64,000 bases of DNA from Phycisphaerales bacterium UBA5793 (lineage in GTDB: Bacteria > Planctomycetota > Phycisphaerae > Phycisphaerales > UBA5793), in contig DIDT01000018.1 in assembly GCA_002418285.1 (NCBI GenBank), positions 6,941 through 70,940 of the forward strand, read 5' to 3'. The position numbers were made by a program, and so were the translations under genes. Shown piece after piece: positions 41,715 through 52,714 of this stretch. The notes below the pieces were generated by a model, which was not told the origin of the DNA, did not search any database, and saw only the letters and a list, made by a program, of their open reading frames with translations. Numbering within the stretch: position 1 is the stretch's first letter; every line of letters starts with the position of its first letter.

Positions 41715-42222
41715 GTTCGTACCGATGGCCACCTGGTTTACGCTCCTGCCGCCTTTGCACGGTTTCTCGCGGCGCCCAGAATGGGCCGAATGGAGATTCC
41801 CGTTGCCTTTCGCGGAACTCCTCTGCCGCCTAACCACCAGAACAGACGGTACTTTATCTGATAATCTCGTGTTACGCAAGGCCCACTTGCCTGCATGAGC
41901 CAAATCGGAAGCAGTTTCTTGCACGGTTGTCAGCGGAATTACGCATCCTGATAGCGTCGCGCGGTCACTGTCGCTCATCTTCGCGGCTGTCTTCTTTTTT
42001 GAGTGCAAGCACTTCGGTAGGGAGTTTATCGACAAGTTCCATGAGCCAGGGCACCTCTGCATCACAAATAGCCGGCAGAAATATGCTCGTTCCTTCAGGG
42101 ACCACCCGATGTCTCAAACGGCGATCCGTCACCGAGAAGAGCGCAGTTGGGACGGACACTCCGCATCCCCGCCCCATAACGGCTTTGATCATCCATGGCG
42201 CGTGCTCTAAGATCGCAACCTC

Positions 42223-43017
42223 ATGAAAGGCGTTATTCTTGCCGGCGGATTCGGCACGCGACTGCTGCCGATGACTCGCGTCACCAACAAGCACCTTCTG
42301 CCTGTCTACGACCGGCCGATGGTCTATTTCCCTATTGAGATGCTCGCGACCGCGGGGGTGTCCGAAGTGCTCGTCGTCACCGGCGGCAACGCGGCAGGCG
42401 ACTTTGTGGAACTGCTCGGCAACGGGGAAGAGTTCGGCCTCAAGAAACTCTCCTACGCCTTCCAGAAGGGGGCTGGCGGCATCGCCGAGGCTCTTGGACT
42501 GGCTCAGGACTTTGCCGATGATCAGCCGATCGCTGTGATCCTCGGCGACAATATTTTTCAAAATGACATCGCCGAAATGGCCGCGGCGTATCGAGCCCAG
42601 CTCGAAGCGAACAATGGCCGCGGTGCTCGCATTGCCCTCAAGGAAGTCAAGGATCCACAACGCTTCGGCGTTCCACGCTTTGAGAGTGGTTCATCCGGTG
42701 GGCGCATCGTCGAGATCATCGAGAAGCCCAAGGATCCCCCGAGCAACTACGCCGTGGTGGGTCTCTACATGTACGACGCATCCGTGTTTGACATCATCGC
42801 GGGCCTGACGCCGTCGGCTCGCAACGAACTCGAGATTACCGACGTCAACAACGCTTACCTCAAGCGCGGCGAACTGCAATACTCCACGCTCGAGGGCTGG
42901 TGGTCTGACGCCGGCACCATCGAGAGCCTGCACCATGCCTCCAAACTGGTTGCGACGCTCGGCGCCAACGGCAAGGGACCGGCGGCCAAGTCCGGCCACC
43001 CGGGGACCGATGATTGA
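42223..43017 (+). CDS. rmlA: Glucose-1-phosphate thymidylyltransferase (RmlA/SpsI-like)
   Basis: GVILAGGFGTRLLP, KHLLPVYD, LGDNIF, EKP, ELEITD. Confidence 0.88.
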   Translation: MKGVILAGGFGTRLLPMTRVTNKHLLPVYDRPMVYFPIEMLATAGVSEVLVVTGGNAAGDFVELLGNGEEFGLKKLSYAFQKGAGGIAEALGLAQDFADDQPIAVILGDNIFQNDIAEMAAAYRAQLEANNGRGARIALKEVKDPQRFGVPRFESGSSGGRIVEIIEKPKDPPSNYAVVGLYMYDASVFDIIAGLTPSARNELEITDVNNAYLKRGELQYSTLEGWWSDAGTIESLHHASKLVATLGANGKGPAAKSGHPGTDD

Positions 43018-43020
43018 TTC

Positions 43021-44064
43021 ATGCACGAGCGACCATTTGAGCCAAAGCGGATCCTGATCACTGGCGGCGCCGGCTTTATCGGCTCGGCCCTCGTCCGCAA
43101 CGTGCTCGAGCAATTGCCCGGTGCCAGCATCGTCAATCTCGATTGCCTGACCTATGCGGCGAGTCTCTCCGGGCTGGAGGAGTTGCTTGAGCACCCACGT
43201 CATCACTTCGTGCGAGGCGACATCACCGATCGCGAGACTGTCCGCCGCGCGATGGATGGCTGCGACGCCGTTATCAACGTGGCTGCCGAGTCACATGTTG
43301 ATCGATCGATCGCCGACTCGAGCCCGTTCATCAGGACGAATGTCGTCGGCACGCAGATCCTACTCGACACGGCTCGGGAGCTGAAGGTCGCGCGCTACCT
43401 CCAGGTCAGCACCGACGAGGTGTACGGCTCGCTCTCGCTCGATCCCAACGAACCGGCATTCAAGGAGACGACGCCGCTCAATCCGAGTTCGCCGTATGCC
43501 GCGAGCAAGGCCGCCGCGGATCTGCTCGTGCTCGCATACTGCCACACGATTGGCTTTCCCGGGATGATCACGCGATGCTCGAACAACTTCGGGCCGCGTC
43601 AGTTTCCCGAAAAGGTCATCCCGCTCTTCACCATCAACCTGATGCGTGGGAAGCGCGTTCCACTTTATGGCGACGGGCTCAACGTGCGTGACTGGATTCA
43701 CGTTGATGACCACTGCGCTGCAATCATCGCGGCGCTGCAGCGCGGCCAGGCCGGGCAGGTCTACAACGTCGGCGCCAGCAACGAGCATCCCAATGTCGAA
43801 CTGACACATATGCTGCTCAAGCTGACTGGTCGCGACGCGTCCTACATTGAACACGTCACGGACCGCCTCGGCCATGATCGCCGCTACGCGATCGACTCGA
43901 CTTGGACGCGTCAGGCTCTGGGCTGGCAGGCAAGCAAGTCGCAATGGCCGGCCGCGCTGGAGGCGACGGTGCAGTGGTATCGCGACAGCCAGCCGTGGTG
44001 GGAGAGCATCCTCTCCGGTCAATACCGCGACGAGAACGAGCGGCTTGCCGGGTTAGCGCGATAA
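43021..44064 (+). CDS. rmlB: dTDP-glucose 4,6-dehydratase
   Basis: TGGAGFIGS, AAESHVDRSI, STDEVYG, YAASK, DRLGHDRRYAID. Confidence 0.95.
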   Translation: MHERPFEPKRILITGGAGFIGSALVRNVLEQLPGASIVNLDCLTYAASLSGLEELLEHPRHHFVRGDITDRETVRRAMDGCDAVINVAAESHVDRSIADSSPFIRTNVVGTQILLDTARELKVARYLQVSTDEVYGSLSLDPNEPAFKETTPLNPSSPYAASKAAADLLVLAYCHTIGFPGMITRCSNNFGPRQFPEKVIPLFTINLMRGKRVPLYGDGLNVRDWIHVDDHCAAIIAALQRGQAGQVYNVGASNEHPNVELTHMLLKLTGRDASYIEHVTDRLGHDRRYAIDSTWTRQALGWQASKSQWPAALEATVQWYRDSQPWWESILSGQYRDENERLAGLAR

Positions 44065-44509
44065 TCCGAGATTGCAGCGCTTCCAGGACTCGGCCAATCC
44101 ACAAGAGGCGGCAATGTCGCGCGCTGAGACAGCAGGAGATGGATGTCTAGTTGTCCCTCCCATTCAAAACGACGAGTGAATTGCATGGTGCAATCATCCA
44201 ATCGCGGCGCGACAGTGCCAATCGATGCTGCTTCCGGTGCCTCGAGTTGGCCGAACACCCGCGAAGGGTGATTTCGAATACGAGTGATCTTGAGTTCGCC
44301 TGCGGATGGATTCGGGTGACCGCGAATACCACCGGTGGGAATCGGCATCCCGTCGGGGGCAGACCGGCCAGATAGCCAGCGGTCGGCGTGCCGGATGATC
44401 CCCGGAGAGTCCTCCGGATCTGCCGAGCCAAGCCGCTCGCTGCCTCCGTGCGATTCGAGCGCGTCATCCTGCCGATACATGTGAGAGCCACTTTACGCGT
44501 GAGATCGCC

Positions 44510-45469
44510 ATGCGGCCTGCACTGCTTCGACGTCTTGCGTTTCACACTTTCAGCGCATTGAGCGCGGCGGCGGTGGTCTTGCCGCTGACGCTCGTTGAGC
44601 GTCCGGCGATGGTCAATCCCGTACTGTGCTCATCATACTCAGTCATCACTTCACAACTGGTCACCATTGACAGCTTGATCCAGTTGCACAAGGTGAAGTA
44701 TGGCGTCGTGCCGGACTTTTCCAAGGGGTGGGGCGACATTGTTCGACCCGGCTGGATCCAGCAGGAGCCCATCTGCTACCTCGGCTCGCCCTCGCGGCGA
44801 ACCAGCATCGCACTCAGTCGCGATGAAGTTCGAACCGCCGCCGATGCCGGCTGGATCTATGACGTCCAGAGCGAACGCATGCTCGCCGTGTGTTCTGCTG
44901 ACCGTGCTCGGTTCCTGCCCATCCCGGCGCAGTTCACAAATATCGTCGTCGTGCCGAACGCGCCCATCCGTACTCCGGCGGACCTCTTCCGACCGATGAG
45001 TCGTTCGCGGCCTATCGCGATTCTCGTTCTGGTGGGGATCCTTGTTGCGGTCGTGACGTATCCGGTAGAGCGGCTTGCGCGAGTCGTTCGGCACTTCACG
45101 CTGCACCGTCAGCGTTATCCGGTTGCAGTCTTTTCCTTGGTCATCGGGATGGGACTGGCAACCGTGTGGCAGAATACCTGGCCGGTCGACCTGTACGGGA
45201 ATCCGCAGATTGTGCGAAAGTACTATCACCACATGCTGGCGCAGCCGACGGTTCTCCTGGCTCCGCTCCTGACCTGTGCGGCACTCTGCGCGCTGGCGCC
45301 ATTGGCACCGCTTTCATTCGCCGACCGTCGCTGGCTCGCCAATTTGCATGCAACGAAGCAACGTTGTCCCCGCTGCAAATACGACACGCGAGGTAACGCA
45401 ACGCGCTGCTCCGAGTGCGGCAAGGTGCTCCCGGCCCATCTTCACCGTGCCCGGCTCTCAACCAGCTAG
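44510..45469 (+). CDS. Membrane protein with pilin-head-like domain and C-terminal Zn ribbon
   Basis: Several TMs, CPRCKYD...CSECG; colinear paralog at 56341. Confidence 0.75.
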   Translation: MRPALLRRLAFHTFSALSAAAVVLPLTLVERPAMVNPVLCSSYSVITSQLVTIDSLIQLHKVKYGVVPDFSKGWGDIVRPGWIQQEPICYLGSPSRRTSIALSRDEVRTAADAGWIYDVQSERMLAVCSADRARFLPIPAQFTNIVVVPNAPIRTPADLFRPMSRSRPIAILVLVGILVAVVTYPVERLARVVRHFTLHRQRYPVAVFSLVIGMGLATVWQNTWPVDLYGNPQIVRKYYHHMLAQPTVLLAPLLTCAALCALAPLAPLSFADRRWLANLHATKQRCPRCKYDTRGNATRCSECGKVLPAHLHRARLSTS

Positions 45470-45877
45470 CGGCACCGCGACCCCCGCCGTGGTGGGAAAG
45501 CGTCCTTTCCGACGCGCATAACGATCGGAGTAGGCCTCTGGCTGCGCGTCTCGCAATACGCTCGAGATCTGGGAGGGTGCCTTGGCAGAACGGTACGAAC
45601 CAAACGGATGCTCAAGCTCAATACGTACTCCATCCTCGGCACGGATGATCTCGTCAGCGCGCTGGATGCCGTGTCCGGCGGCCGCTTATTTCAGATGCAT
45701 GCCTTCGCTCCAAGTGCACGGCGAGATCTCTAGCGGTCGAAGGTAGATACCGCCAGGGTGGGAGAGCATCCTCCCAGGGCAGTACCGTGAGGAGAATACG
45801 CGCTTGGCCGAACTGGTAGCAATCTGATCGAGTGCCGGACAATCCAAGGGTTGTTGCGTGGACCCGGCCGCCAGGGT

Positions 45878-47083
45878 TCAAGAAGCAATCGTTTCCACGT
45901 GTGCGGCGATGGTCTCACCGATGCTGAGCGATGCCGTGGCTGCGGGGCTTGGCGCGTTGCAGACATTGACGATTCGATCGGTCTTCGTGATCGCAAAGTC
46001 GTCGAGCAAGTCGCCAGTCGGCAGCATCGCCTGGGCGCGGACGCCACTGGCAGCTCGGCGAATGTCCTGCTCTCTGATTGCGGGCACCAACCGCCGCAGG
46101 CTCCGGACGAATGCAGGCTTGCTCAACGATCGCCAGGTCTCGGAGGCGGCGGTGCGCCAGTGTTTGCGGGCAAAACGCCAGAAGCCGGGCGTGATGAGTG
46201 TGCTGCCAAGGTCGAGGAGGTTGAAGTCGCGCCATCGGTAGCCTTCGCGGGCCAGGGCAAGCACGGCATTGGGCCCGCACTCGACCTCACCATTGATCAT
46301 GCGCGTGAAGTGCACGCCGAGGAACGGGTAGCGCGGGTCTGGCACGGGGTAGATCAGGTTGCGGACCAGCGATCTTGCCTCGGGTCGGAGCACGTAGTAC
46401 TCGCCGCGGAAGGGAACGATGCGAACCTGGGGACGGGCACCGGAGAGCCTTGTGATACGATCGGACTGCAGCCCTCCGCAGTTGATCACGCGCTCCGCGG
46501 CGATCGTGCCGCTGGTGGTATTCAGGTGAATCGAGCCGTTCGAGCGGTTCATGGACAGCACTCGGGCGCTGGTGCGGATCTCGCTGCCGGCGGCGCGGAT
46601 CAGCTCCGCCAGCTTGCCGCACACCGCCGGGTAATCGACAATGCCGGTGTCCTGCACATGGATTGCGGCAACGCCTGTTGAGGCCGGCTCAAGTTCGCGC
46701 AATTCGTCGGGTCCGATGGCGCGACAGCGGATTCCGTTAGCGAGACCATTCTCGAGTACCTTGTCGAGAGCGGGTCGCTGGGACTCTTGCGTGGCCACGA
46801 TGACTTTGCCGCAGATGTCGTGGGCGATGGAGTACTGCCGGCAGAACTCCACCATCAGCTTCAGCCCGCGCCGACAGTTGATGGCCTTGAGCGATCCCGG
46901 CTTGTAGTAGATGCCGGAGTGGAGCACGCCGGAGTTGCGACCGGTCTGATGCGCGGCGATGCGATCTTCTTTTTCGAGGATGGCGATGCGCCAGCCGGGG
47001 TTGCGGTTGATCAATTGCCACGCCGTGGCGAGACCCACGATGCCCGCGCCGACAATGGCGGCGTCGAACACATCGCTGGACAT
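45878..47083 (-). CDS. lhgO: L-2-hydroxyglutarate oxidase
   Basis: GAGIVGLA, HQTGRNSGVLHSGIYYKPGSLKA, PFLGVHFTR, NAPSPAATASL. Confidence 0.93.
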   Translation of the reverse strand: MSSDVFDAAIVGAGIVGLATAWQLINRNPGWRIAILEKEDRIAAHQTGRNSGVLHSGIYYKPGSLKAINCRRGLKLMVEFCRQYSIAHDICGKVIVATQESQRPALDKVLENGLANGIRCRAIGPDELRELEPASTGVAAIHVQDTGIVDYPAVCGKLAELIRAAGSEIRTSARVLSMNRSNGSIHLNTTSGTIAAERVINCGGLQSDRITRLSGARPQVRIVPFRGEYYVLRPEARSLVRNLIYPVPDPRYPFLGVHFTRMINGEVECGPNAVLALAREGYRWRDFNLLDLGSTLITPGFWRFARKHWRTAASETWRSLSKPAFVRSLRRLVPAIREQDIRRAASGVRAQAMLPTGDLLDDFAITKTDRIVNVCNAPSPAATASLSIGETIAAHVETIAS

Positions 47084-47935
47084 GACGGCAGTCGCCCGTC
47101 CGCCCACCCGTTCTTTGGCACGAGCCATGCCCGTGGTCTCTGGATGAGAAGATGCAACAGCCACGTCAGCGCCTCGTCGACCAATCCGCAGCCGGCACGA
47201 GCCGGCCGATGCCTGGCCCAAGATACATCGACAGATTGTTACGGTACGAGCAAGCCGGGGGCAGAGTGCAAGAGCATTCGGACCTGTTTCTGGGAACGGC
47301 TGAGCTGAAGGCGATGGGCTGAGCGTCTGCGTTCTCGGAACGCCGCGCACTCGGCGTATCGAGTTGGTGCGTTTGGGAGAGCATCCTCTCGGGGAAGTAC
47401 CGAGACGGAATCGTGCGGTCGGTGATGGTCGCGAGATAGTCCATCTCTGCTTCCCTTTGGAGCATGGGTGCGATACCTGTGGAGCTGATGCCTGGCACCG
47501 AGAGGAAGTTCGGCACGGACGTCAAACTGTCCCACCCGGGGCAAGTTGCCGAGTGGTTTGCATGATGCAAACCACTTCTCGCCGTGAATCCTCAACGTGG
47601 AATCGCCAACCCAGGCTGAGTTGCAGTATCCAACTGCGACTCGGCGCCGATCCGCATCTATGGCGCGCCGCGCTGTACCCGAGACCATGCGATGCCTTCA
47701 CTGCCTGCCGACAGAGTTGTTGTGCGCGGCAATCCCGCTGCCATTTGCACGTGTTGAACGCAACTGCCGCGCGTCGAATTGGAGACGAAGGAGAAGTGTC
47801 GAAGAATCAACACGCGAGTTTGTTCGGCGCGCGGATGGTTTCACAAAGTTGCACTATGATCTATTTGAAGGCTTGTGTTGCATGCCGTGGCATGGAGGCG
47901 AGACAGGCCAATACAGTTTGGAGGGTGTGGAATCT

Positions 47936-48607
47936 ATGAGTACTCAGGAAAGCGCAATCAAGATTGCGAGCGATTCGAAGCAAAAACCGCAGGATCATCC
48001 AAACTTCTGACGAGCGGAACAAGCGGGTCTTGTATCGCGCTGTCGAACGGGAAGCGGACGTCTAGTTTGGAACTGGCAAATCATCGCTCAAATATGGGCA
48101 GGACATTCCCCATTCTCCTTGATCAAGCGGTTTTGTCAGTTCTACGGCATTCCCTATGACCAGGCTCGTCGAAAACTGCGACGGGTGGACCGGGGTCACG
48201 CGGGCGGGCCCTTGGGATACCTGCAACGCCGGCTTCATGACGCGCTCGCGATTTCAGATCGAGCAGATCATGCAAGTGATGCGGAGTGGATCAGTGAGTG
48301 CGCCCGCAGGGCGACGGGCAATGTCGAGGCACTCTTGAGGTACGTGGATGCGCATTTGGTGAACAAAGCATCCGACCGCTCAAGGACTGCGAACATCAGG
48401 CTCGATTCCAAGGAAGTTGATCGGTTGGCCGCCATCCAGCGGAAGGCCGTTGCCGCGCTGGCAGACTTGCACAAGATCACGCAGGGTTGCCGTCAGGAGT
48501 CCGATCTTCCCGCTGATTGCATGATCGTACCGAGCGTGGTGGAGGCGCCGGATCCACAGGCAGTGCTTGCTCGCATCGGGAAGAGCGAGGTGATACAGAG
48601 CGGCTGA
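47936..48607 (+). pseudogene. Hypothetical gene interrupted by one in-frame TGA
   Basis: GGAGG + ATG 47936; TGA 48008-48010; the frame stays open into ORF 48119..48607. Confidence 0.55.
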
Positions 48608-49413
48608 TGGACGTGCAACCTGCTCGTCCGACGCTTGCACTCATTCGCACGTCCCGGGCCGGAGACCAGTTCTCATCCCACTACCAGCACAAGGAATGGA
48701 GAATTCGGGTTGCTGGAATTGCACAATGCAATTCCCCGGTCTCCGCAGGGTGCGCGGCGTAGCGGGCTGTGTAATCGCCACTACCGTTGGGGAGCGTGGA
48801 CGCCTCCGTAGGCGCACTTGACGGTGTTTCTATTGATGCGCGATCTGTGCTGACGAACGCGGAATCAATCGTCAGACAGTTGCAGTGCGGACAACCGGGA
48901 CGGCACCGCTCATCAAATCAGCCGGCCTGACCTGACTTTGCACGTCCCCTTTCGCGGAAGCGTGCGCGTTTTTGATCTGAATCCACCGCCGAAGCGAGCG
49001 AGCGGGATTTCCGACGCTCGTTCGGGTAACGTCGTGCTCGACTCGCCACGCGGATGGGGGCAGTTCATTCCAGATGCGCACCATCACTTCAGAAGCGCGG
49101 TGGGATGTTGAGCAGCCGAGGGTTGGTATTACCGCCGGGGATACTGCCTGAGCGGGCAATGCGTGGCCGGTCTTGCCCAGCGATTCTCTGGCGAGCGATC
49201 TGAATGTGGATTCTGCCAAGGCGATGCGCATCCGCATTCTTGCAGATCAGGGTGATTTGCCGTTGCAGGCTGCGCCCGGGATTGAGCATAATGACGAAGG
49301 GAGTCCTTGGATTCAGGTTGCGGATTGGACGTCTCCGGGCCCGCACGTGATCCCAGAGATGCCTGGTTGCAGATTCGGTTCGGGTCACCCAGTGGCCCAG
49401 GAGGAAGCAAAGT

Positions 49414-50946
49414 ATGTGGACGAAGATGAGAATCCGCTCTGTGCTGTTCTCCGCGGTTCTGGCGCTGATGTACATCGCTCCGCTTCCAGGGTGGTGTCAA
49501 TGTGACGTTTTTCAGATACGGAAGATCACGGCAAGTGACGGCGAGTTGGATGATCGACTTGGATCCGCCGTTGCATTGCGGGGCAACATTGCGCTCATGG
49601 GGGCGATCAACGACGACGACGCCGGTCTCAACGGCGGATCGGCATACCTCTTCGACGTCGAGAGCGGCGCGGAACTGTTCAAACTGCTCCCGAACTACCC
49701 GACCGGGCAGGCACGATTTGGAGCGGCAGTCGCACTCTCCGCCACGCTGGCGGCCGTTGGGGCTCCCGACGAGCGCGAACTCGCGATACAGGCGGGAGCG
49801 ACATATCTATTCGAGACTCGCACCGGGACCCGGTTGTCGAAACTCACCGCCAGCGACGGCGCTGCGCGTGACCACTTTGGTTCATCCGTAGGACTTGGGG
49901 ACGGATTCGTTCTCGTTGGGGCCCCGCTCGATGATGATTTCGGAGAGGATACGGGTTCGGTTTATGTCTTCGACGTTTCTGATCCGACAAACCCGCTGGA
50001 GATTTCGAAGTTCAATGCCGACGACCCTACTGCGTCAGCCTTGTTTGGCATCGCAATTGCGATCCGAGATCGGGTGGCAATCATCGGCTCCAGTGGGCTC
50101 AGTGGTTCCCGCGGCTCGGCGTATCTGTTCGACGTCTCGGACCCATCGAGTCCGCGTCAGCTGATCAAGCTCCGCGCAAGCGACGGCGACTGGAGTGACA
50201 ACTTTGGCTTCTCTGTAGCGATCGGAGAGCGCACTGCGGTTGTGGGTGCTTATGGCGACGATGACAATGGGAGTCTCTCGGGATCGGCGTACTTGTTCGA
50301 TGTTCAGTCCGGAATGGAAGTTGCCAAGTTGCTGCCGGAGGATGGGGAGGCGGACGATCGCTTCGGGAGGTCGGTAGCGATCGATGGTCGCACAGTCGTT
50401 GTCGGCGCGTTCCGGGATGATGAGATCGGCGTGGATTCGGGATCGGCCTATCTGTTCGATCTCGATACGGCGGCCCAAATCAGGAAGATCCTGCCAGATG
50501 ACCCTGAGGAAAATGACCAGTTTGGTAGCGCGGCAGCCATCGACGATGGGCTTCTGGTAGTCGGTGCGCACTACGACATGATCCGCCGGCTCGACAATGT
50601 TGGCTCGGCATACGTTTTCAGGATCGAGTGCGACTTGACGCTGGGTTCAATCGGCGCCTGCCCCGGCTCGATGCTCTTCAAAGTTACCCGGGCGACGCCG
50701 GGCGAGACGGTGGCGCTTCTCACAGCCCCGCGCGAGGGCGAATTCTCCATCCCAAGTGGCAATCCATGCGCAGGCACATTGCTCGGCCTCAAGGGTGCTA
50801 TCCGAGTCGCGACCACGAAGCGGGCCGGAACTGATGGCTCGTTGGCTGTTCCCGCGCTGGTCACCCCGCAGGTCTGCGGCCGCGTCTACCTGCAGGCGCT
50901 GGACGTGTCGAGCTGCCGCACCTCGAATATGATTCTGGTTGAGTAG
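49414..50946 (+). CDS. Secreted FG-GAP repeat beta-propeller protein with Cys-containing C-terminal domain
   Basis: Signal peptide; about seven FG.SVA...VGA...GSAYLFD repeats. Confidence 0.9.
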   Translation: MWTKMRIRSVLFSAVLALMYIAPLPGWCQCDVFQIRKITASDGELDDRLGSAVALRGNIALMGAINDDDAGLNGGSAYLFDVESGAELFKLLPNYPTGQARFGAAVALSATLAAVGAPDERELAIQAGATYLFETRTGTRLSKLTASDGAARDHFGSSVGLGDGFVLVGAPLDDDFGEDTGSVYVFDVSDPTNPLEISKFNADDPTASALFGIAIAIRDRVAIIGSSGLSGSRGSAYLFDVSDPSSPRQLIKLRASDGDWSDNFGFSVAIGERTAVVGAYGDDDNGSLSGSAYLFDVQSGMEVAKLLPEDGEADDRFGRSVAIDGRTVVVGAFRDDEIGVDSGSAYLFDLDTAAQIRKILPDDPEENDQFGSAAAIDDGLLVVGAHYDMIRRLDNVGSAYVFRIECDLTLGSIGACPGSMLFKVTRATPGETVALLTAPREGEFSIPSGNPCAGTLLGLKGAIRVATTKRAGTDGSLAVPALVTPQVCGRVYLQALDVSSCRTSNMILVE

Positions 50947-50977
50947 GAGCGATCGCACGGCAGAGGAGGAATATGAA

Positions 50978-52507
50978 ATGTCACGATGTGTTCGAAGTTG
51001 GACATTGATGGCACTGGTTGGACTTGCGGCAGGTGGAGCTTCACCATCGCTGCTGGCGCAGTGTGATCCTCCGACCATGTTCCGAGTGTGGGCCGAAGAC
51101 GGCGGCCGCCACGACTACCTTGGTCGCGGCGTGGCAATCCGCGGTGACGTGATCGTCTGCGGGGCCACGGACAATGACGAGAACGGTGTCGATGCAGGCG
51201 CCGCCTATGTGTTTGACGCGGAAACCGGCGCGCAACGATTGAAGCTACTCGCCGGCGATGGCGCTGCCGATGATCGATTCGGATATGCCGTTGCCATCGG
51301 AACTGACGTCATTCTCGTCGGCGCGGGCGGGAGTGACACTCATGGCGACAGCTCCGGCGCTGCGTACGTCTTTGATGCATCCACGGGGGCGCAGTTGCAC
51401 AAGTTGAGTCCGGCCGACGGGTCGGCGGGCGACGACTTCGGTTCAAGTCTGGCTATCGATGGTGACTTGGCGATCATCGGCGCTTTGTCGGATGCAGATA
51501 ATGGCGATCGATCCGGTTCGGCGTACCTGTTCGACGTTACTACGGGTGAGGAGATCGCCAAGTTGCTCCCCGACGATGATGATGTCGGTGACTATTTCGG
51601 TCGCAGTGTGAGCATCAGTGGCAATCGTGTGGTAGTTGGGGCGTACCTCGACGACGATGTCGGTATTGGATCGGGTTCGGCCTACCTCTTCGATATCACC
51701 GACCCGTCGCAGCCCGTGCAGATCGCCAAGTTGATTCCCGATGACAACGCCGAAGGAGACTGGTTTGGCGTGTCGTGCGGCATCAGTGGCAATGTTGCAA
51801 TCGTCGGGGCGCATCTCCACGACCATCTTGGCTCGAATGCAGGCGCGGCGTACCTGTTTGATGCGACAACAGGCGCGCAGTTGGCGGAGCTTCTCGCCAT
51901 CGGTGGTTCGTACGGTGACCTGTTTGGATGGACAGTGGCGATCGACGGCCCCCTTGCACTTGTCGGCGCGCAGTGGCGCGATGACCTTGGAGATTCATCC
52001 GGGGCGGCGTATCTCTTTGACGTGACTACTGGCGAGCAGATCAGCGCCTTGCTCGCGCCGGATGGTCAGGCGGGGGACGAGTTTGGATACAGCGTGCGCT
52101 TGCAGGGTTCCAGAGCGGTCATCGGAGCTCCCCGCGACCGTGGAAACCTGCCCGTGTCGGGTTCGGCGTACATTATTGACACCACTGACACGAGGATGGG
52201 ACTCTGGAGCGCCGGTCGATGTCCGGGGCACAAGTTCTTTCGTGTGACATCGGCAACGCCGGGGGCTCGATGTGCCGTACTGTTGTCTTTCGGCCAGGGG
52301 CAATTCACCATCCCGCCGAATCATCCCTGTTCCGGCGAAGCACTATGTCTTGGTCGGGCGGTGCGAGTAGCACGAACCGGCACGGCAGATGAGCTGGGAA
52401 TCATCCGCTTTGACGTCGAGATTGCGGCTCCGTACTGTGGCCGCATCGAGCTGCAGGCGCTGGATCTGTCGAGCTGCAGGATTTCGAACGTGCTTCTGGT
52501 CGAGTAG
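50978..52507 (+). CDS. Secreted FG-GAP repeat beta-propeller protein (tandem paralog)
   Basis: GAGGAGG RBS, signal peptide, about seven FG-GAP repeats, same C-terminal domain. Confidence 0.9.
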   Translation: MSRCVRSWTLMALVGLAAGGASPSLLAQCDPPTMFRVWAEDGGRHDYLGRGVAIRGDVIVCGATDNDENGVDAGAAYVFDAETGAQRLKLLAGDGAADDRFGYAVAIGTDVILVGAGGSDTHGDSSGAAYVFDASTGAQLHKLSPADGSAGDDFGSSLAIDGDLAIIGALSDADNGDRSGSAYLFDVTTGEEIAKLLPDDDDVGDYFGRSVSISGNRVVVGAYLDDDVGIGSGSAYLFDITDPSQPVQIAKLIPDDNAEGDWFGVSCGISGNVAIVGAHLHDHLGSNAGAAYLFDATTGAQLAELLAIGGSYGDLFGWTVAIDGPLALVGAQWRDDLGDSSGAAYLFDVTTGEQISALLAPDGQAGDEFGYSVRLQGSRAVIGAPRDRGNLPVSGSAYIIDTTDTRMGLWSAGRCPGHKFFRVTSATPGARCAVLLSFGQGQFTIPPNHPCSGEALCLGRAVRVARTGTADELGIIRFDVEIAAPYCGRIELQALDLSSCRISNVLLVE

Positions 52508-52714
52508 GGCTGCTTTCGGCGCCTTCGGCAGGATGGTGGTTTTGTGGGATCATCCAGATCGCAGTCACGCTGCGGGGTAACCGCAAGCGACGTGGCCGCG
52601 GCGGCTTTGCCCATACTCCCGGTGAATGGGAACTACTGAATCACGCCACGCCATGTGGGAGCGGCGTCGCCGTTGCGGGTGTTCGGTGACCATCGCGTGC
52701 GAACATCAGTGTCC

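Noticed and set aside
41820-41835. ops-like GGCGGCAG upstream of the NusG paralog
   Set aside because: Mismatch to the ops consensus and no downstream TG; likely chance in GC-rich DNA
44143-44271. 42-aa ORF (MSSCPSH...) after an AGGAG
   Set aside because: No recognisable motif and no modification enzymes nearby; unsupported
47166-47688. Overlapping minus-strand ORFs upstream of lhgO, possible peptide precursors
   Set aside because: No convincing family motif or biosynthetic context
49500-52180. Recurring ~20-nt motifs (GCGTACCTGTTCGACG-like) at roughly regular spacing
   Set aside because: They encode FG-GAP protein repeats, are degenerate and too widely spaced, and no cas genes are present; not a CRISPR array
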